Positions 46,252 through 56,577 of a stretch of 64,000 bases of DNA are shown in pieces. Source of the stretch: a virus (lineage: Duplodnaviria > Caudoviricetes). The first letter of the stretch is position 1. Each line of letters opens with the position of its first letter. The stretch lies in IMG/VR virus record IMGVR_UViG_3300024344_003081; one strand, given 5' to 3'. The notes below the pieces were generated by a model that made no database searches, was not told where the DNA came from, and worked only from the letters and a program-made list of their open reading frames with translations. A program made the position numbers and the translations under genes.

Positions 46252-46929
46252 ATGAAATTAAGTGATCAAACGGTTTCTGTTTTGAAAAATTTTGCTAATA
46301 TTAATAGTGGAATTTTCTTTGAACAAGGAAAAGTAATCAGAACAGTTGCTCCTACTAAAGCAATTTTAGCGAAAGCTAATATTGTAGAAGAAATACCAAG
46401 AAATTTCGGTATATATGATATAACAAAAATGCTCGGTTCGTATTCTTTATTTGAATATCCTGAAGTCGAATTTGAAGATAAGTATATTGTTATTGAAGAC
46501 AAGAAGAATAAAAGAAATGTAAAATATTGGGTTTGTGATCCCGAACTTATTGTAAGACCACCAGAAGGAAAAGAAATTGCACTTCCTTCTGAAGATGTAA
46601 ATTTTGTTCTTGATTCTGATGCATTAGATTTTACAATTAAACAAGCTAGTGTTTTATCGCTTCCTGAAATAGGTATTATAGGTAATGGTACTGATATAAC
46701 TATTTCAGCATTGGATTCACAAACTAATGAAACTTCTTCCGAACAAGTAGTCGGTGAAACCGATAAAAATTTCAAATTTGTTTTTAAGTTTGAAAATATT
46801 ACAAAATTGATGGCCAAAAATTATAATGTGTCTTTGTCTAGTAAAGGATTGTCGAAATTTAACAGTTCTGATAATGTTATAGAATATTTTGTTGCTATCG
46901 AATTAGCAAATTCTATATATGAAGATTAA
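46252..46929 (+). CDS. gp45: DNA polymerase sliding clamp
   Basis: MKLSDQTVSVLKNFANINSGI N-terminus; FGIYD; precedes gp44. Confidence 0.95.
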   Translation: MKLSDQTVSVLKNFANINSGIFFEQGKVIRTVAPTKAILAKANIVEEIPRNFGIYDITKMLGSYSLFEYPEVEFEDKYIVIEDKKNKRNVKYWVCDPELIVRPPEGKEIALPSEDVNFVLDSDALDFTIKQASVLSLPEIGIIGNGTDITISALDSQTNETSSEQVVGETDKNFKFVFKFENITKLMAKNYNVSLSSKGLSKFNSSDNVIEYFVAIELANSIYED

Positions 46930-46950
46930 TATGTATATTATGGATAATAA

Positions 46951-47892
46951 ATGTTTGGAGAATCTTTTTTATGGGTCGAAAAATATAGACCTAAAACAAT
47001 CGATGAGTGTATACTTCCTGATAGAATAAAAACACTTTTTCAACAGATATCATCGGAAAGTCGTATTCCTAATATGATTCTTTCTGGCGGTCCTGGTATG
47101 GGTAAAACGACCGTTGCGAAAGCACTTTGTAATGAAGTGGGATGTGATTTTCTTATGATAAATGGTTCTGAAGAATCTGGTATTGATGTTCTACGTACTA
47201 AGATTAGAGGATATGCATCAACTGTTAGTTTTGATGGTAAAAGAAAAGTTGTTATACTCGATGAAGCAGATTATTTAAATCCCCAATCTACCCAGCCCGC
47301 CTTAAGGTCTTTTATTGAAGAATTCGAAAAACATTGTTCATTTATAATGACATGTAATTATATTAATCGAATTATTGAACCTCTTCATTCTAGATGTCAA
47401 ACAATTGATTTTCGTATAAATAAAGAAGAGAAGTTAAATGTTGGATCGAATTTCGGAAAAAGACTTTATACAATCCTAGATCAAGAAAAAGTAAATTATG
47501 ATAAGAAAGTGGTCGCCGAAGTGTTGATGAAACACTTTCCCGATTATCGCCGAGTATTAAACGAACTCCAAAAATATTCTAAATATGGTAACATAGATTC
47601 GGGCATTCTGTCCCAAGTCTCCGATATAGATTTGTCTGAACTTATGAATCATATGAAAGATAAAAAATTTAATGAGGTACGAAAATGGGTTGTTAATAAT
47701 TTAGATAATGATCCACAAAAAATATATAGAAAAATATATGATGTTGCAGAAAAATATGTACAAACAACATCGATACCTCAATTAGTATTAATTTTGGCAG
47801 ACTCCCAGTATAAATCTGCATTTGCCGCAGATCATGAATTAAATTTAGTTGCATGTCTTGTAGAGATAATGGTAGAATGTCAATTTAATTAA
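46951..47892 (+). CDS. gp44: Clamp loader large subunit
   Basis: LWVEKYRP, GGPGMGKT, ILDEADY, PLHSRC. Confidence 0.96.
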   Translation: MFGESFLWVEKYRPKTIDECILPDRIKTLFQQISSESRIPNMILSGGPGMGKTTVAKALCNEVGCDFLMINGSEESGIDVLRTKIRGYASTVSFDGKRKVVILDEADYLNPQSTQPALRSFIEEFEKHCSFIMTCNYINRIIEPLHSRCQTIDFRINKEEKLNVGSNFGKRLYTILDQEKVNYDKKVVAEVLMKHFPDYRRVLNELQKYSKYGNIDSGILSQVSDIDLSELMNHMKDKKFNEVRKWVVNNLDNDPQKIYRKIYDVAEKYVQTTSIPQLVLILADSQYKSAFAADHELNLVACLVEIMVECQFN

Positions 47893-47901
47893 AGAGATAA
47901 T

Positions 47902-48468
47902 ATGATAAAAAATGCACTTATACAAGTTCTTTTGTGTTGGTTAGTTGTTGCTTTTACAATAATGGGTATAGGTAAAGTAATAAAAGGAGAAGAAATTAGA
48001 GATCCTAATCCAAATATAAAATTATATAATTGGACAACACAATTATTGTATGATACTACAAATGCTTGTTATCAAGGAACATTACGATGGATAGTTATGT
48101 CTAAACCTGATCTTGCTGGTATTCCTCCTGGATTTGAATCTCAAAGACAAATGTTAGTGCATTGTTTTTGTGTCATGGATAGAATTAGATCGAAATATAA
48201 AATAGAAGAATATCGTAAAAAAGTTTTTGACAGCAAATTCATTGGAAGTCTTTTTATGGATAATGCATTTGAATGTGTAAAAAATGAAAAAACATTACAT
48301 TCTTTTTTTGTTGTGGAAGACAACGAATCACTTAAAACACGAAATATACCACAATTTAACGAACCAACAAAAATACCAAGAGAGAAACCTGAGGATTCAA
48401 AAGAAGAGTCACCAGACCAACAACAGGAAGAATCGGAAGGATCTCCTCAAACAATTTTTCAAGGATAA
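47902..48468 (+). CDS. Hypothetical exported or membrane-anchored Cys-containing protein
   Basis: Hydrophobic N-terminus; NAC, HCFC, FEC cysteines. Confidence 0.65.
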   Translation: MIKNALIQVLLCWLVVAFTIMGIGKVIKGEEIRDPNPNIKLYNWTTQLLYDTTNACYQGTLRWIVMSKPDLAGIPPGFESQRQMLVHCFCVMDRIRSKYKIEEYRKKVFDSKFIGSLFMDNAFECVKNEKTLHSFFVVEDNESLKTRNIPQFNEPTKIPREKPEDSKEESPDQQQEESEGSPQTIFQG

Positions 48469-48470
48469 AA

Positions 48471-49559
48471 ATGAAAAACATCAAGTATTATGGCTTGATA
48501 TGTTTTTTTATTATTATTTCACTTGTACCGATAAACATATCAGCTACAGAAAACAATTTTGGAGAAGTCGTTGAAAGGGCGAAAAAGTCAGTAGTATTAC
48601 TGTCTATGAACCCTAGTGATAATCCAGAAACAAATCCAAATTCATCAGGACTATGTTCTGGTGTAGTTATAGATGATATTGGTCATGTTCTTACAAATTT
48701 TCATTGTGTTTATAATCAAAATTTTATAAAATTATATTATTATGATGAAAATGATTGGGCTGATTATGATGTAAATGTAATAGGTTTAGATCCGCTTGCA
48801 GATTTAGCAGTACTTCAAGTCTTAGGAAAAGAAGAACCGATTCCATATCTTAAATTTGCAGAAAATTCAGATAATATAACATTAGGAACTGATGTTTTTG
48901 CATTAGGGCATCCTATGGGAATGGCATGGAGTTTAACTAAGGGAATTGTTTCTAGTAATGAAAGATATGCTAGACATCCCTTTATTAAAGCAATTCAAAC
49001 TGATTCTGCAATTAATAAAGGAAATTCGGGCGGTCCTCTTATGAACATGAAAGGAGAAATCGTAGGGATTAATGCATTAATTGTTTCTAGAATTTCTGAA
49101 AGTGCAGGAATAGGTTTAGCGATTAGAGGTGATATTGCAAAAAAATCTGTTTTATCTATGTTATCTATTGGAAGAGTTGATAGACCAGCAATTGGTATTA
49201 TGATTATGGAATTGGTCAATGAGAACTCAAGAAAAAAAATAATGAAAGAATTTCCTAAACTTAAAGAAAATCATATTCCAAATACTTATGGAATATTTGT
49301 GAGGTCTGATAAAAACCCCAAAGGAATAAAGAAATTTGATACTATTGTTGCAATTAATGATATCATGACTAATGGTCAAGTACAATTTTCTGATGAAATA
49401 AGTAAATATAATGTAGGAGATATTATTACTTTGACAGTTATACGAAAACGAAGATATTTAAAAGTTGATATTCCGTTAAAGGTTTTTCCCGTTGATGCTG
49501 ATGCATTGTATTCAGTAATACGTAGACCAACATTACCAATAGTACCAGAAAATAAATGA
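48471..49559 (+). CDS. HtrA/DegP-family serine protease with PDZ-like C-terminus
   Basis: Signal-like N-terminus; TNFHCV (His), DLAVL (Asp), GNSGGPL (Ser). Confidence 0.92.
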   Translation: MKNIKYYGLICFFIIISLVPINISATENNFGEVVERAKKSVVLLSMNPSDNPETNPNSSGLCSGVVIDDIGHVLTNFHCVYNQNFIKLYYYDENDWADYDVNVIGLDPLADLAVLQVLGKEEPIPYLKFAENSDNITLGTDVFALGHPMGMAWSLTKGIVSSNERYARHPFIKAIQTDSAINKGNSGGPLMNMKGEIVGINALIVSRISESAGIGLAIRGDIAKKSVLSMLSIGRVDRPAIGIMIMELVNENSRKKIMKEFPKLKENHIPNTYGIFVRSDKNPKGIKKFDTIVAINDIMTNGQVQFSDEISKYNVGDIITLTVIRKRRYLKVDIPLKVFPVDADALYSVIRRPTLPIVPENK

Positions 49560-49954
49560 CTCCTTTCGATTTTTTAAATGATATAAATTATGGTAAAAAA
49601 AATCTGATGGTTGATGATATCGACCATCAGGTTGAAAAACAATATACGCCCTTTATTGTTAATAAAGGACTGTCTTATACAATGGATACAGCCATTTATG
49701 CGAATGAAATGAATATTCGCCCTAATACTGATAAGAAACTACAATTTGACTATTTAATAAATACAATCAGACGTAATAAACGTTTTCCAAAGTGGATAAA
49801 ACATGAGGAAGACGAAAACATCAGAGTGATCATGGATTATTATGGATATAATGTACACAGAGCAAAGGAAGTTTTATCTTTGCACTCCATGGAAGAAATT
49901 AGTCAATTAAAAGAAAAATTAGATACGGGCGGTGAAAGGAACACAAATGTATGA
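49556..49954 (+). CDS. gp62: Clamp loader small subunit
   Basis: PFDFLNDIN, YTPFIVNKGLS, YYGYN. Confidence 0.92.
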   Translation: MTPFDFLNDINYGKKNLMVDDIDHQVEKQYTPFIVNKGLSYTMDTAIYANEMNIRPNTDKKLQFDYLINTIRRNKRFPKWIKHEEDENIRVIMDYYGYNVHRAKEVLSLHSMEEISQLKEKLDTGGERNTNV

Positions 49955-50342
49955 CATTAGTGAAATGGTAGAAATTATTTTAAAAGAGAGTGATGATTTT
50001 CTAAAAGTAAAAGAAACATTAACTCGGATTGGTGTAGCTAGTAGAAAAGAAAAAACGCTTTATCAGTCTTGTCACATTTTACACAAACAAAGTAAATATT
50101 ATATAGTGCATTTTAAAGAGTTATTTGCTCTTGATGGTAAGCCTTATAATTTTTCAGATACAGATATTGCTAGAAGAAACACAATAGCAAATCTATTAGA
50201 AGAATGGAATCTTGTTAAATTAGTAGATGTAGAAAAAACAAAAGATCCTTCTTTACCTTTAAATCAATTAAAAATACTTTCTTTTTCTGAAAAAGAAGAA
50301 TGGACATTAACACCGAAATATAATATCGGCAAAAAATCATAA
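49947..50342 (+). CDS. regA: Translational repressor RegA
   Basis: DDFLKVKETLTRIGVAS, LYQSCHILHKQ..YYIVHFKELFALDG. Confidence 0.96.
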   Translation: MYDISEMVEIILKESDDFLKVKETLTRIGVASRKEKTLYQSCHILHKQSKYYIVHFKELFALDGKPYNFSDTDIARRNTIANLLEEWNLVKLVDVEKTKDPSLPLNQLKILSFSEKEEWTLTPKYNIGKKS

Positions 50343-50866
50343 TGAATGGAACATTTGAATTACAAGAAAATTTAGGAATTTTTTGTTTGTATGATGATGT
50401 TGAAGTACCATCATTAGCAACTGAAAAGTCGGCATGTTTTGACTTGAAAGCATATCTTAAATCGCATACAAAAGTACTTGCATATAATCATTATAATCAT
50501 AAAAAAGAAATTCTCATAACAAATAACTCTTTATCAATGTTACCACATTGGAGATATCTAATACCCACAGGAATAATTTTTGATATTCCTAGAGGATATT
50601 ATGTTAAAGTTCATCCTCGTTCTGGTAATGCATTGAAAAAAGGTTTAATTACTGCAAATAATGTGGGGATTGTTGATGAAGATTATGTAGAAGAATGTAA
50701 TTGTATTATGAGAAATGTATCACATACTCCTATTCAAATTAATCATGGTGATAGAATTGCACAAGCAGAATTGCGTAAAGTAGAAAATTTCAACATCAAA
50801 CTTGTACGTAAACGACCAAAACAAAAAACAGATAGAGATGGTGGATTTGGCTCTACTGGACAATGA
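50342..50866 (+). CDS. dut: Trimeric dUTPase
   Basis: SACFDL, PRSG, GIVDEDY, GDRIAQ, RDGGFGSTG. Confidence 0.93.
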   Translation: MNGTFELQENLGIFCLYDDVEVPSLATEKSACFDLKAYLKSHTKVLAYNHYNHKKEILITNNSLSMLPHWRYLIPTGIIFDIPRGYYVKVHPRSGNALKKGLITANNVGIVDEDYVEECNCIMRNVSHTPIQINHGDRIAQAELRKVENFNIKLVRKRPKQKTDRDGGFGSTGQ

Positions 50867-51417
50867 TTATTGATTTAAAAGAATTAATAGATGATGATTT
50901 AATTTTTAATTATTTTTCTCATAAAGTTGAAAATGCCCAAAGTCTTACATCATCTTTAAAAACTATTCCAATTAAAAAAGACGGCTATAGAGGATATGAT
51001 TTTTATTGTGATTATCTATCAATGATTTTTCATTTAAAAATTACACCTTTTGTTTCAAAAATTCTAAATAAAGAATTAATACCAACTTTTTGTTTTACAA
51101 GAATGTATTTTGGGGGAAGTAAATTAGATTTTCATACAGATAGGGAAGCATGTGAAATTACTGTATCTCATTGTCATTATGGTAGTCCATGGAAAATATA
51201 TGTTTTAGAAGATGAATTTGTAACAGAAAAAGGAGTAAGTCTTTGTTATGAGGGAGCAAAAAAATCTCATGGTAGAGTTGCTCCAACATTAAATAAAGCA
51301 TTATATTCTTTTTATCATTGGGTTGAAAAAGGTGGAAAATATGATGAATTGAAGTATGATGAATCAGAAAAAATAGAAAAAATTTATAGTCAAACCCTTG
51401 ACAAATTATATATATAA
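50863..51417 (+). CDS. Fe(II)/2OG oxygenase, phage type
   Basis: RMY...L.FHTDR.ACEITVS (HxD), HGR. Confidence 0.8.
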   Translation: MIIDLKELIDDDLIFNYFSHKVENAQSLTSSLKTIPIKKDGYRGYDFYCDYLSMIFHLKITPFVSKILNKELIPTFCFTRMYFGGSKLDFHTDREACEITVSHCHYGSPWKIYVLEDEFVTEKGVSLCYEGAKKSHGRVAPTLNKALYSFYHWVEKGGKYDELKYDESEKIEKIYSQTLDKLYI

Positions 51418-51426
51418 GAGTATAAT
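51398..51426 (+). promoter_or_regulatory. Sigma70 consensus promoter upstream of hsp20
   Basis: TTGACA-17nt-TATAAT. Confidence 0.8.
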
Positions 51427-51532
51427 TGATCTTATGAGAATTAAAATGAAATTCTCATTGTTGCAATCAGCAACATCCCTCTGGCTTTATTGCAGAGGAT
51501 TAATTAGTTAATCTGCCTATAAAGGAGATAAT

Positions 51533-52000
51533 ATGTATTTAGTACCGAAATCTATCGAAGAACTCAATCGCCAACTATCAATGTCCGTAGGGTTTGATTC
51601 TTTTTTTAATCGTCTATTTGATGATGCTTTTTTAGCGAATAGTTCACAGGGGTATCCTCCTTATAATATTCGCAAAGTGACCGATACAGAGTATGCTATC
51701 GAAATTGCCTTAGCAGGATTTACAAAAGACGACCTAGATATAGAACTTGCAGATGGAACACTTACAATAAAAACAGTTCCAAACGAAAAACAAAATGATG
51801 AAAGTTATTTACATCATGGAATCGCCAAGCGAGTCTTTACCCGAAGATTTAACCTTGCTGATGATGTCATTGTGAAGGGTGCAGATTTGTTCAATGGCTT
51901 GCTTAAAGTTGAGCTGGAGCGAGTTATTCCTGAGGAAAAAAGACCTCGCAAAATTGATATAGATGATGGCGTGAAAGTGGTTGATCACAAAGTTGTGTAA
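51533..52000 (+). CDS. Small heat-shock protein (Hsp20/IbpA-like)
   Basis: YPPYNI, IEIALAGF, YLHHGIAKRVFTR.F.L, NGLL. Confidence 0.95.
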   Translation: MYLVPKSIEELNRQLSMSVGFDSFFNRLFDDAFLANSSQGYPPYNIRKVTDTEYAIEIALAGFTKDDLDIELADGTLTIKTVPNEKQNDESYLHHGIAKRVFTRRFNLADDVIVKGADLFNGLLKVELERVIPEEKRPRKIDIDDGVKVVDHKVV

Positions 52001-52022
52001 AAAAATAACAACTTAAACAAAT

Positions 52023-52056
52023 AAAGGGGGGTCATGATTATGACCTCCTTTTTTTT
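52023..52056 (+). terminator. Rho-independent terminator after hsp20
   Basis: AAAGGGGGGTCAT-gatt-ATGACCTCCTTT plus T run. Confidence 0.8.
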
Positions 52057-52069
52057 AGGATTAAATACA

Positions 52070-52534
52070 ATGAAACTCACCAAAAATTTTTCATTCAAAG
52101 AAATGACTTTTTCTGATACTGCTATTAGAAAAAATATAGACAATACTCCAGGTTTAAAAGAAGCAATAAATTTGACAAATGTTTGTAATAATATTTTGCA
52201 ACCTGTAAGAGATCATTTTGGAAAAGTAGTAAGAATTAATTCTGGATATAGATCAGTTAAATTGTGTTTAGCAGTAGGAAGTTCCGCAAAATCTCAACAT
52301 GCAAAAGGAGAGGCCGCGGATTTTGAAATTAATGGTATATCGAATCATGATTTAGCAAAATGGGTTTATAATAATTTAAATTATGATCAAATTATTTTAG
52401 AATACTACGATCCAAAAGGTGATCCCAATAGTGGTTGGGTTCATTGTTCTTATAAAGCTGATGGAACAGGTCGTAAGCAAGCTCTAATTATTAATAAAAA
52501 CACAAAGGGCAAATATCTCCCATGGAAGCCATAG
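52070..52534 (+). CDS. Peptidase M15A (D-Ala-D-Ala/L-Ala-D-Glu zinc peptidase, possible endolysin)
   Basis: INSGYRS, SQH..GEAADF, WVHCSY; ATG 52070. Confidence 0.88.
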   Translation: MKLTKNFSFKEMTFSDTAIRKNIDNTPGLKEAINLTNVCNNILQPVRDHFGKVVRINSGYRSVKLCLAVGSSAKSQHAKGEAADFEINGISNHDLAKWVYNNLNYDQIILEYYDPKGDPNSGWVHCSYKADGTGRKQALIINKNTKGKYLPWKP

Positions 52535-52695
52535 AAGCATTTTTTTGGAAATGTTATCTGCAATTATTATTCGGACTTCATTTATTAATTCATAAAAAAA
52601 CGTGGATTGACAATCATATTTTATTATGCTATACTAATTTAGATAAATTAGGTAGCAATTACGATAAATCCTGGTACTACAAATTCACTAAATGA
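52522..52695 (+). CDS. Small hypothetical protein (57 aa, MEAIEAFFWK...WYYKFTK), not in the ORF track
   Basis: Open frame ending in an ATGA overlap with the polymerase start. Confidence 0.5.
   Translation: MEAIEAFFWKCYLQLLFGLHLLIHKKTWIDNHILLCYTNLDKLGSNYDKSWYYKFTK
52607..52635 (+). promoter_or_regulatory. Sigma70-type promoter upstream of gp43
   Basis: TTGACA-17nt-TATACT with TG extension. Confidence 0.75.
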
Positions 52696-55205
52696 CCTTT
52701 TATACAAATGTTCAAAATTGGGGCGGTAAAATCTATTACAGAGGAATAGATTCTAACGGCATTCACTTCAAAAAAAAGTTGGATTATAATCCAACTCTAT
52801 TCATTAACTCACCAGAACCCACCGAATATAAAACTCTTGAAGGAACATGTCTTGCTCCTGTTGAATGTGGTAATATTAGACAAACAAGAGATTTTATAAA
52901 AAAGTATGAAGGAGTAGAGAATTTTAAAATCTACGGAAATACAAATTATCATTATACTTTTATTACAGATAATTTTCCTGATCAAATAAACTACGATTTA
53001 AGCAAAATAACAGTTGCGAATATTGATATAGAAACTGGTTCGGAAAATGGGTTTCCTAATCCTGAAACTGCTCCTGAACCTGTTACTGCAATAACTATTT
53101 CTTTAAATGGAAAATATTATGTTTTTGGATGTGGTGAATATAAAGTTCATAGGAATGATGTTGAATATTTTGAATGTGAAAATGAATTACATTTACTTCA
53201 AGAATTTATATCATTGTGGTCCAAGCAAGATATAGACATTGTTACTGGTTGGAATATTAAGTTTTTTGATATACCATATCTTGTAAATAGAATGAATTTG
53301 TTATTTGACGAATCATTTTATTATGATTTATCGCCTTGGCAGTTTGTAAGTGAGAGAACGGTGATGGGTTTCGGGGGAGCAAAACAGCAACAAGCATATG
53401 AGCTTATGGGTGTTGCGACTCTTGATTATTTAGATTTATTTCGAAAATTTACTTATACTAATCAAGAATCTTATGCGTTAAATCATATTGCTCATGTTGA
53501 ATTGGGCGAAAGAAAATTAGATTATTCTGAATATGGTTCATTACATACTCTTTGGAAAGAAGATTATCAGAAATTTATAGAGTATAATGTAAAAGATGTT
53601 GAGCTTGTTAATAAATTAGATGATAAAATGAAATTAATTGAAATGGCTATTGTATTAGCATATGATGCCAAAGTAAATTATACAGATGTTTATACACAAG
53701 TTAGAATGTGGGATACTTTAATTTATAATGAATTAAGAAATAAAGGTATACAACTTCCTCCTAAAAAAGATTCAATAAAAGATCGGCCCTATATTGGTGC
53801 TTATGTTAAAGAACCTATTCCTGGAATGTATGAGTGGGTTGCTAGTTTTGATTTGGATAGTTTATATCCACATTTAATCATGCAATATAATATTTCTCCA
53901 GAAACATTACTTACAAAATTTCCTCAAAAATCATTATCTGTTGATAAACTTTTAAATAAAGAAATTAGTACTGATTATGCTAAAACTGAAGATATATGCA
54001 TAGGAGCTAATGGGTTTCATTTTTCAAATGAGCATCAAGGATTTCTTCCAGAAATGATGGAAAGAATGTATGCAGAACGAAAAAAGTTTAAAAAAGATAT
54101 GCTCAAGGCACAACAAGAATTAGAAACAGAAACCGATGGATTGGATAGATTACGACTTATTAAAGAGGTTTCAAGATTAAATAATATGCAGATGGCAAGA
54201 AAGATTCAACTTAATTCTGCTTATGGTGCTTTAGGTAATCAATATTTTAGATTTTATGATGAAAGACAAGCAACGGCTATCACGACTGGTGGACAGCTTT
54301 CAATTAGATGGGTTGAGAATGATGTTAATCGATATTTGAATAAAATTCTCAAAACAGAAAATAAAGATTATATTATAGCCGCTGATACTGATTCGATTTA
54401 TCTAGGTTTAGATGATTTAGTTAAATCTGTTTTTACTGATACAAGCGATAAAGAAAAAATTATTAAATTTTTAGATAAGGTATGTGAAACAAAAATACAA
54501 GATTGTATAAATGATTCATTCAATCGATTGCATGTATATATGAATGCATTTGAACAAAAAATGAATATGTCTAGAGAAGTTCTAGCAGATAAAGCGGTTT
54601 GGACTGGTAAGAAACATTATATTATGAATGTTCATAATTCTGAGGGAGTACAGTATACTAAACCTAAATTAAAAGTAATGGGTATAGAGTCAGTAAAATC
54701 TTCAACTCCAGCAGTTTGTAGAGAAAAATTAAAACAGTCTTTTGATATTCTTATGAATGGGACTGAAGACCAAATGCAGAAATTTATTGAAGAATTTAAG
54801 GAATCATTCCAAACACTTCCTCCAGAAGATATTGCATTTCCAAGATCAGTTAAGGGAATTGACAAATATAGTGATAGTGTGTTATTATATAAGAAAGGCA
54901 CGCCTATACATGTAAAGGGAACAATCATACATAATAAATTACTGAAAGAACATAAACTTATAAAGAAATATCAAATTATTCAAGAGGGAGAAAAGATTAA
55001 ATTTTCTTATCTTAAAGAACCGAATCCTGTAGGAGATACTGTAATTAGTATGGGAACAGTATTGCCTTCAGAGTTTGGTTTACATGAATATATAAATTAT
55101 AATATGCAATTTGAAAAGTCTTTTTTAGAGCCGTTAAAAAATATATTAAAATGTGTTGGATGGGAACATGAAAAAAGAAGTACACTTGAAGATTTTTTTA
55201 TTTAA
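52692..55205 (+). CDS. gp43: Family B DNA polymerase
   Basis: DIET exonuclease, SFDLDSLYP, KIQLNSAYG, ADTDS; no intein evident. Confidence 0.98.
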   Translation: MTFYTNVQNWGGKIYYRGIDSNGIHFKKKLDYNPTLFINSPEPTEYKTLEGTCLAPVECGNIRQTRDFIKKYEGVENFKIYGNTNYHYTFITDNFPDQINYDLSKITVANIDIETGSENGFPNPETAPEPVTAITISLNGKYYVFGCGEYKVHRNDVEYFECENELHLLQEFISLWSKQDIDIVTGWNIKFFDIPYLVNRMNLLFDESFYYDLSPWQFVSERTVMGFGGAKQQQAYELMGVATLDYLDLFRKFTYTNQESYALNHIAHVELGERKLDYSEYGSLHTLWKEDYQKFIEYNVKDVELVNKLDDKMKLIEMAIVLAYDAKVNYTDVYTQVRMWDTLIYNELRNKGIQLPPKKDSIKDRPYIGAYVKEPIPGMYEWVASFDLDSLYPHLIMQYNISPETLLTKFPQKSLSVDKLLNKEISTDYAKTEDICIGANGFHFSNEHQGFLPEMMERMYAERKKFKKDMLKAQQELETETDGLDRLRLIKEVSRLNNMQMARKIQLNSAYGALGNQYFRFYDERQATAITTGGQLSIRWVENDVNRYLNKILKTENKDYIIAADTDSIYLGLDDLVKSVFTDTSDKEKIIKFLDKVCETKIQDCINDSFNRLHVYMNAFEQKMNMSREVLADKAVWTGKKHYIMNVHNSEGVQYTKPKLKVMGIESVKSSTPAVCREKLKQSFDILMNGTEDQMQKFIEEFKESFQTLPPEDIAFPRSVKGIDKYSDSVLLYKKGTPIHVKGTIIHNKLLKEHKLIKKYQIIQEGEKIKFSYLKEPNPVGDTVISMGTVLPSEFGLHEYINYNMQFEKSFLEPLKNILKCVGWEHEKRSTLEDFFI

Positions 55206-55214
55206 GGAGATATA

Positions 55215-56270
55215 ATGAGTTTTTTAAAAGAATATATTAAGGAGGTGGGGAATGAATATGCTGGATTGGTTTCAGATGGTATTGAAGCAGGCGATGTTGA
55301 ATCTTTCATTGATACTGGCAGTTATGCTTTTAATGCTTTACTTAGTGGCTCAATATATGGAGGTTTGGCCTCAAACAAAATTACAGCATTCGCTGGAGAA
55401 AGTGCAACTGGGAAAACATTCTTTGTACTCGGTATTGTCAAACAATTTTTGGAAGACAATCCTACTGGTGGCGTTCTTTATTTTGAGTCTGAATCTGCTA
55501 TAACAAGACAAATGATTGAGCAACGAGAAATAGATACTACTCGTATGGTTATGTTACCTGTTGCTACAATTCAAGAGTTTGCATATCAAGTTACAAAGGT
55601 TCTTGATAAACATCTTGCTAGTGAAGATAGAAAGCCTTTGATGATATGTCTTGATAGTCTTGGTATGTTATCTACTTCAAAAGAGGTGGGAGATGTTGCA
55701 GAAGGTAAAGAGACAAAAGATATGACAAGAGCCGCACTTGTAAAAGGAACATTTAGAGTATTAACACTTAAAGCAAGTAAAGCAAAAGTTCCTGTATTAA
55801 TTACAAATCATACTTATAGTCAAATTGGTGTGATGTTTCCACAGCAAATTATGGGTGGTGGTACTGGTCTTTATTATGCTTCAAGTAATATTGTATTTCT
55901 TTCAAAAAGAAAAGAAAAAGAAGGTACAGAAGTAATAGGTAATATTATTCATTGCAAAAATCATAAGTCTAGATTGACAGTAGAAAATAAAATGGTTGAT
56001 GCATTAGTGACTTATAATAAAGGATTAGATCGTTGGCATGGTATGTTAGAACTTGCTGAAGAAGCTGGTATTTTTACTAAAGTGTCAACAAGATTTGAGC
56101 TTCCAGATGGTACAAAATTATTTGGAAAACAAATTATGCAAGATCCTGAAAAACATTTTACTGAAGAAGTAATGTTAAAAATCGACAAATATTGTCAGGA
56201 GAAATTTCTATATGGAACAACAAAAGACAATGAAGAAGTGGTACACGATGGTGAAGAATCCTCAGAATGA
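55215..56270 (+). CDS. uvsX: RecA-like recombinase UvsX
   Basis: [28 protein letters not shown]. Confidence 0.95.
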   Translation: MSFLKEYIKEVGNEYAGLVSDGIEAGDVESFIDTGSYAFNALLSGSIYGGLASNKITAFAGESATGKTFFVLGIVKQFLEDNPTGGVLYFESESAITRQMIEQREIDTTRMVMLPVATIQEFAYQVTKVLDKHLASEDRKPLMICLDSLGMLSTSKEVGDVAEGKETKDMTRAALVKGTFRVLTLKASKAKVPVLITNHTYSQIGVMFPQQIMGGGTGLYYASSNIVFLSKRKEKEGTEVIGNIIHCKNHKSRLTVENKMVDALVTYNKGLDRWHGMLELAEEAGIFTKVSTRFELPDGTKLFGKQIMQDPEKHFTEEVMLKIDKYCQEKFLYGTTKDNEEVVHDGEESSE

Positions 56271-56577
56271 AGAGGATGACCAATTCGCTTTTGCTATCAC
56301 TAAAGGTAAATTTAAAGATGTAGTTTATAAGTATAATCGATTTGGATTAATAGAACCAGATGCAGAACAAGAAGAGTTGAAATATCGGTTCGAATATGAT
56401 ATACTTGAAATACCTGGAGAAATCAGAGATAAGAAATATTCTGATACTGAGGGTGTAGAATTTGAAAAATTAATAGGCGACATTTTAATAGAAGTAATTC
56501 AAGAAAACATAGATTTAAATACAAACGAAGATGACGAGGATAGAGGACACGATACTGAAGAATCTGATATTCAATGA
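56248..56577 (+). CDS. Hypothetical protein at the gp40 syntenic position
   Basis: Between uvsX and gp41; start uncertain (56212/56230/56248). Confidence 0.6.
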   Translation: MVKNPQNEEDDQFAFAITKGKFKDVVYKYNRFGLIEPDAEQEELKYRFEYDILEIPGEIRDKKYSDTEGVEFEKLIGDILIEVIQENIDLNTNEDDEDRGHDTEESDIQ

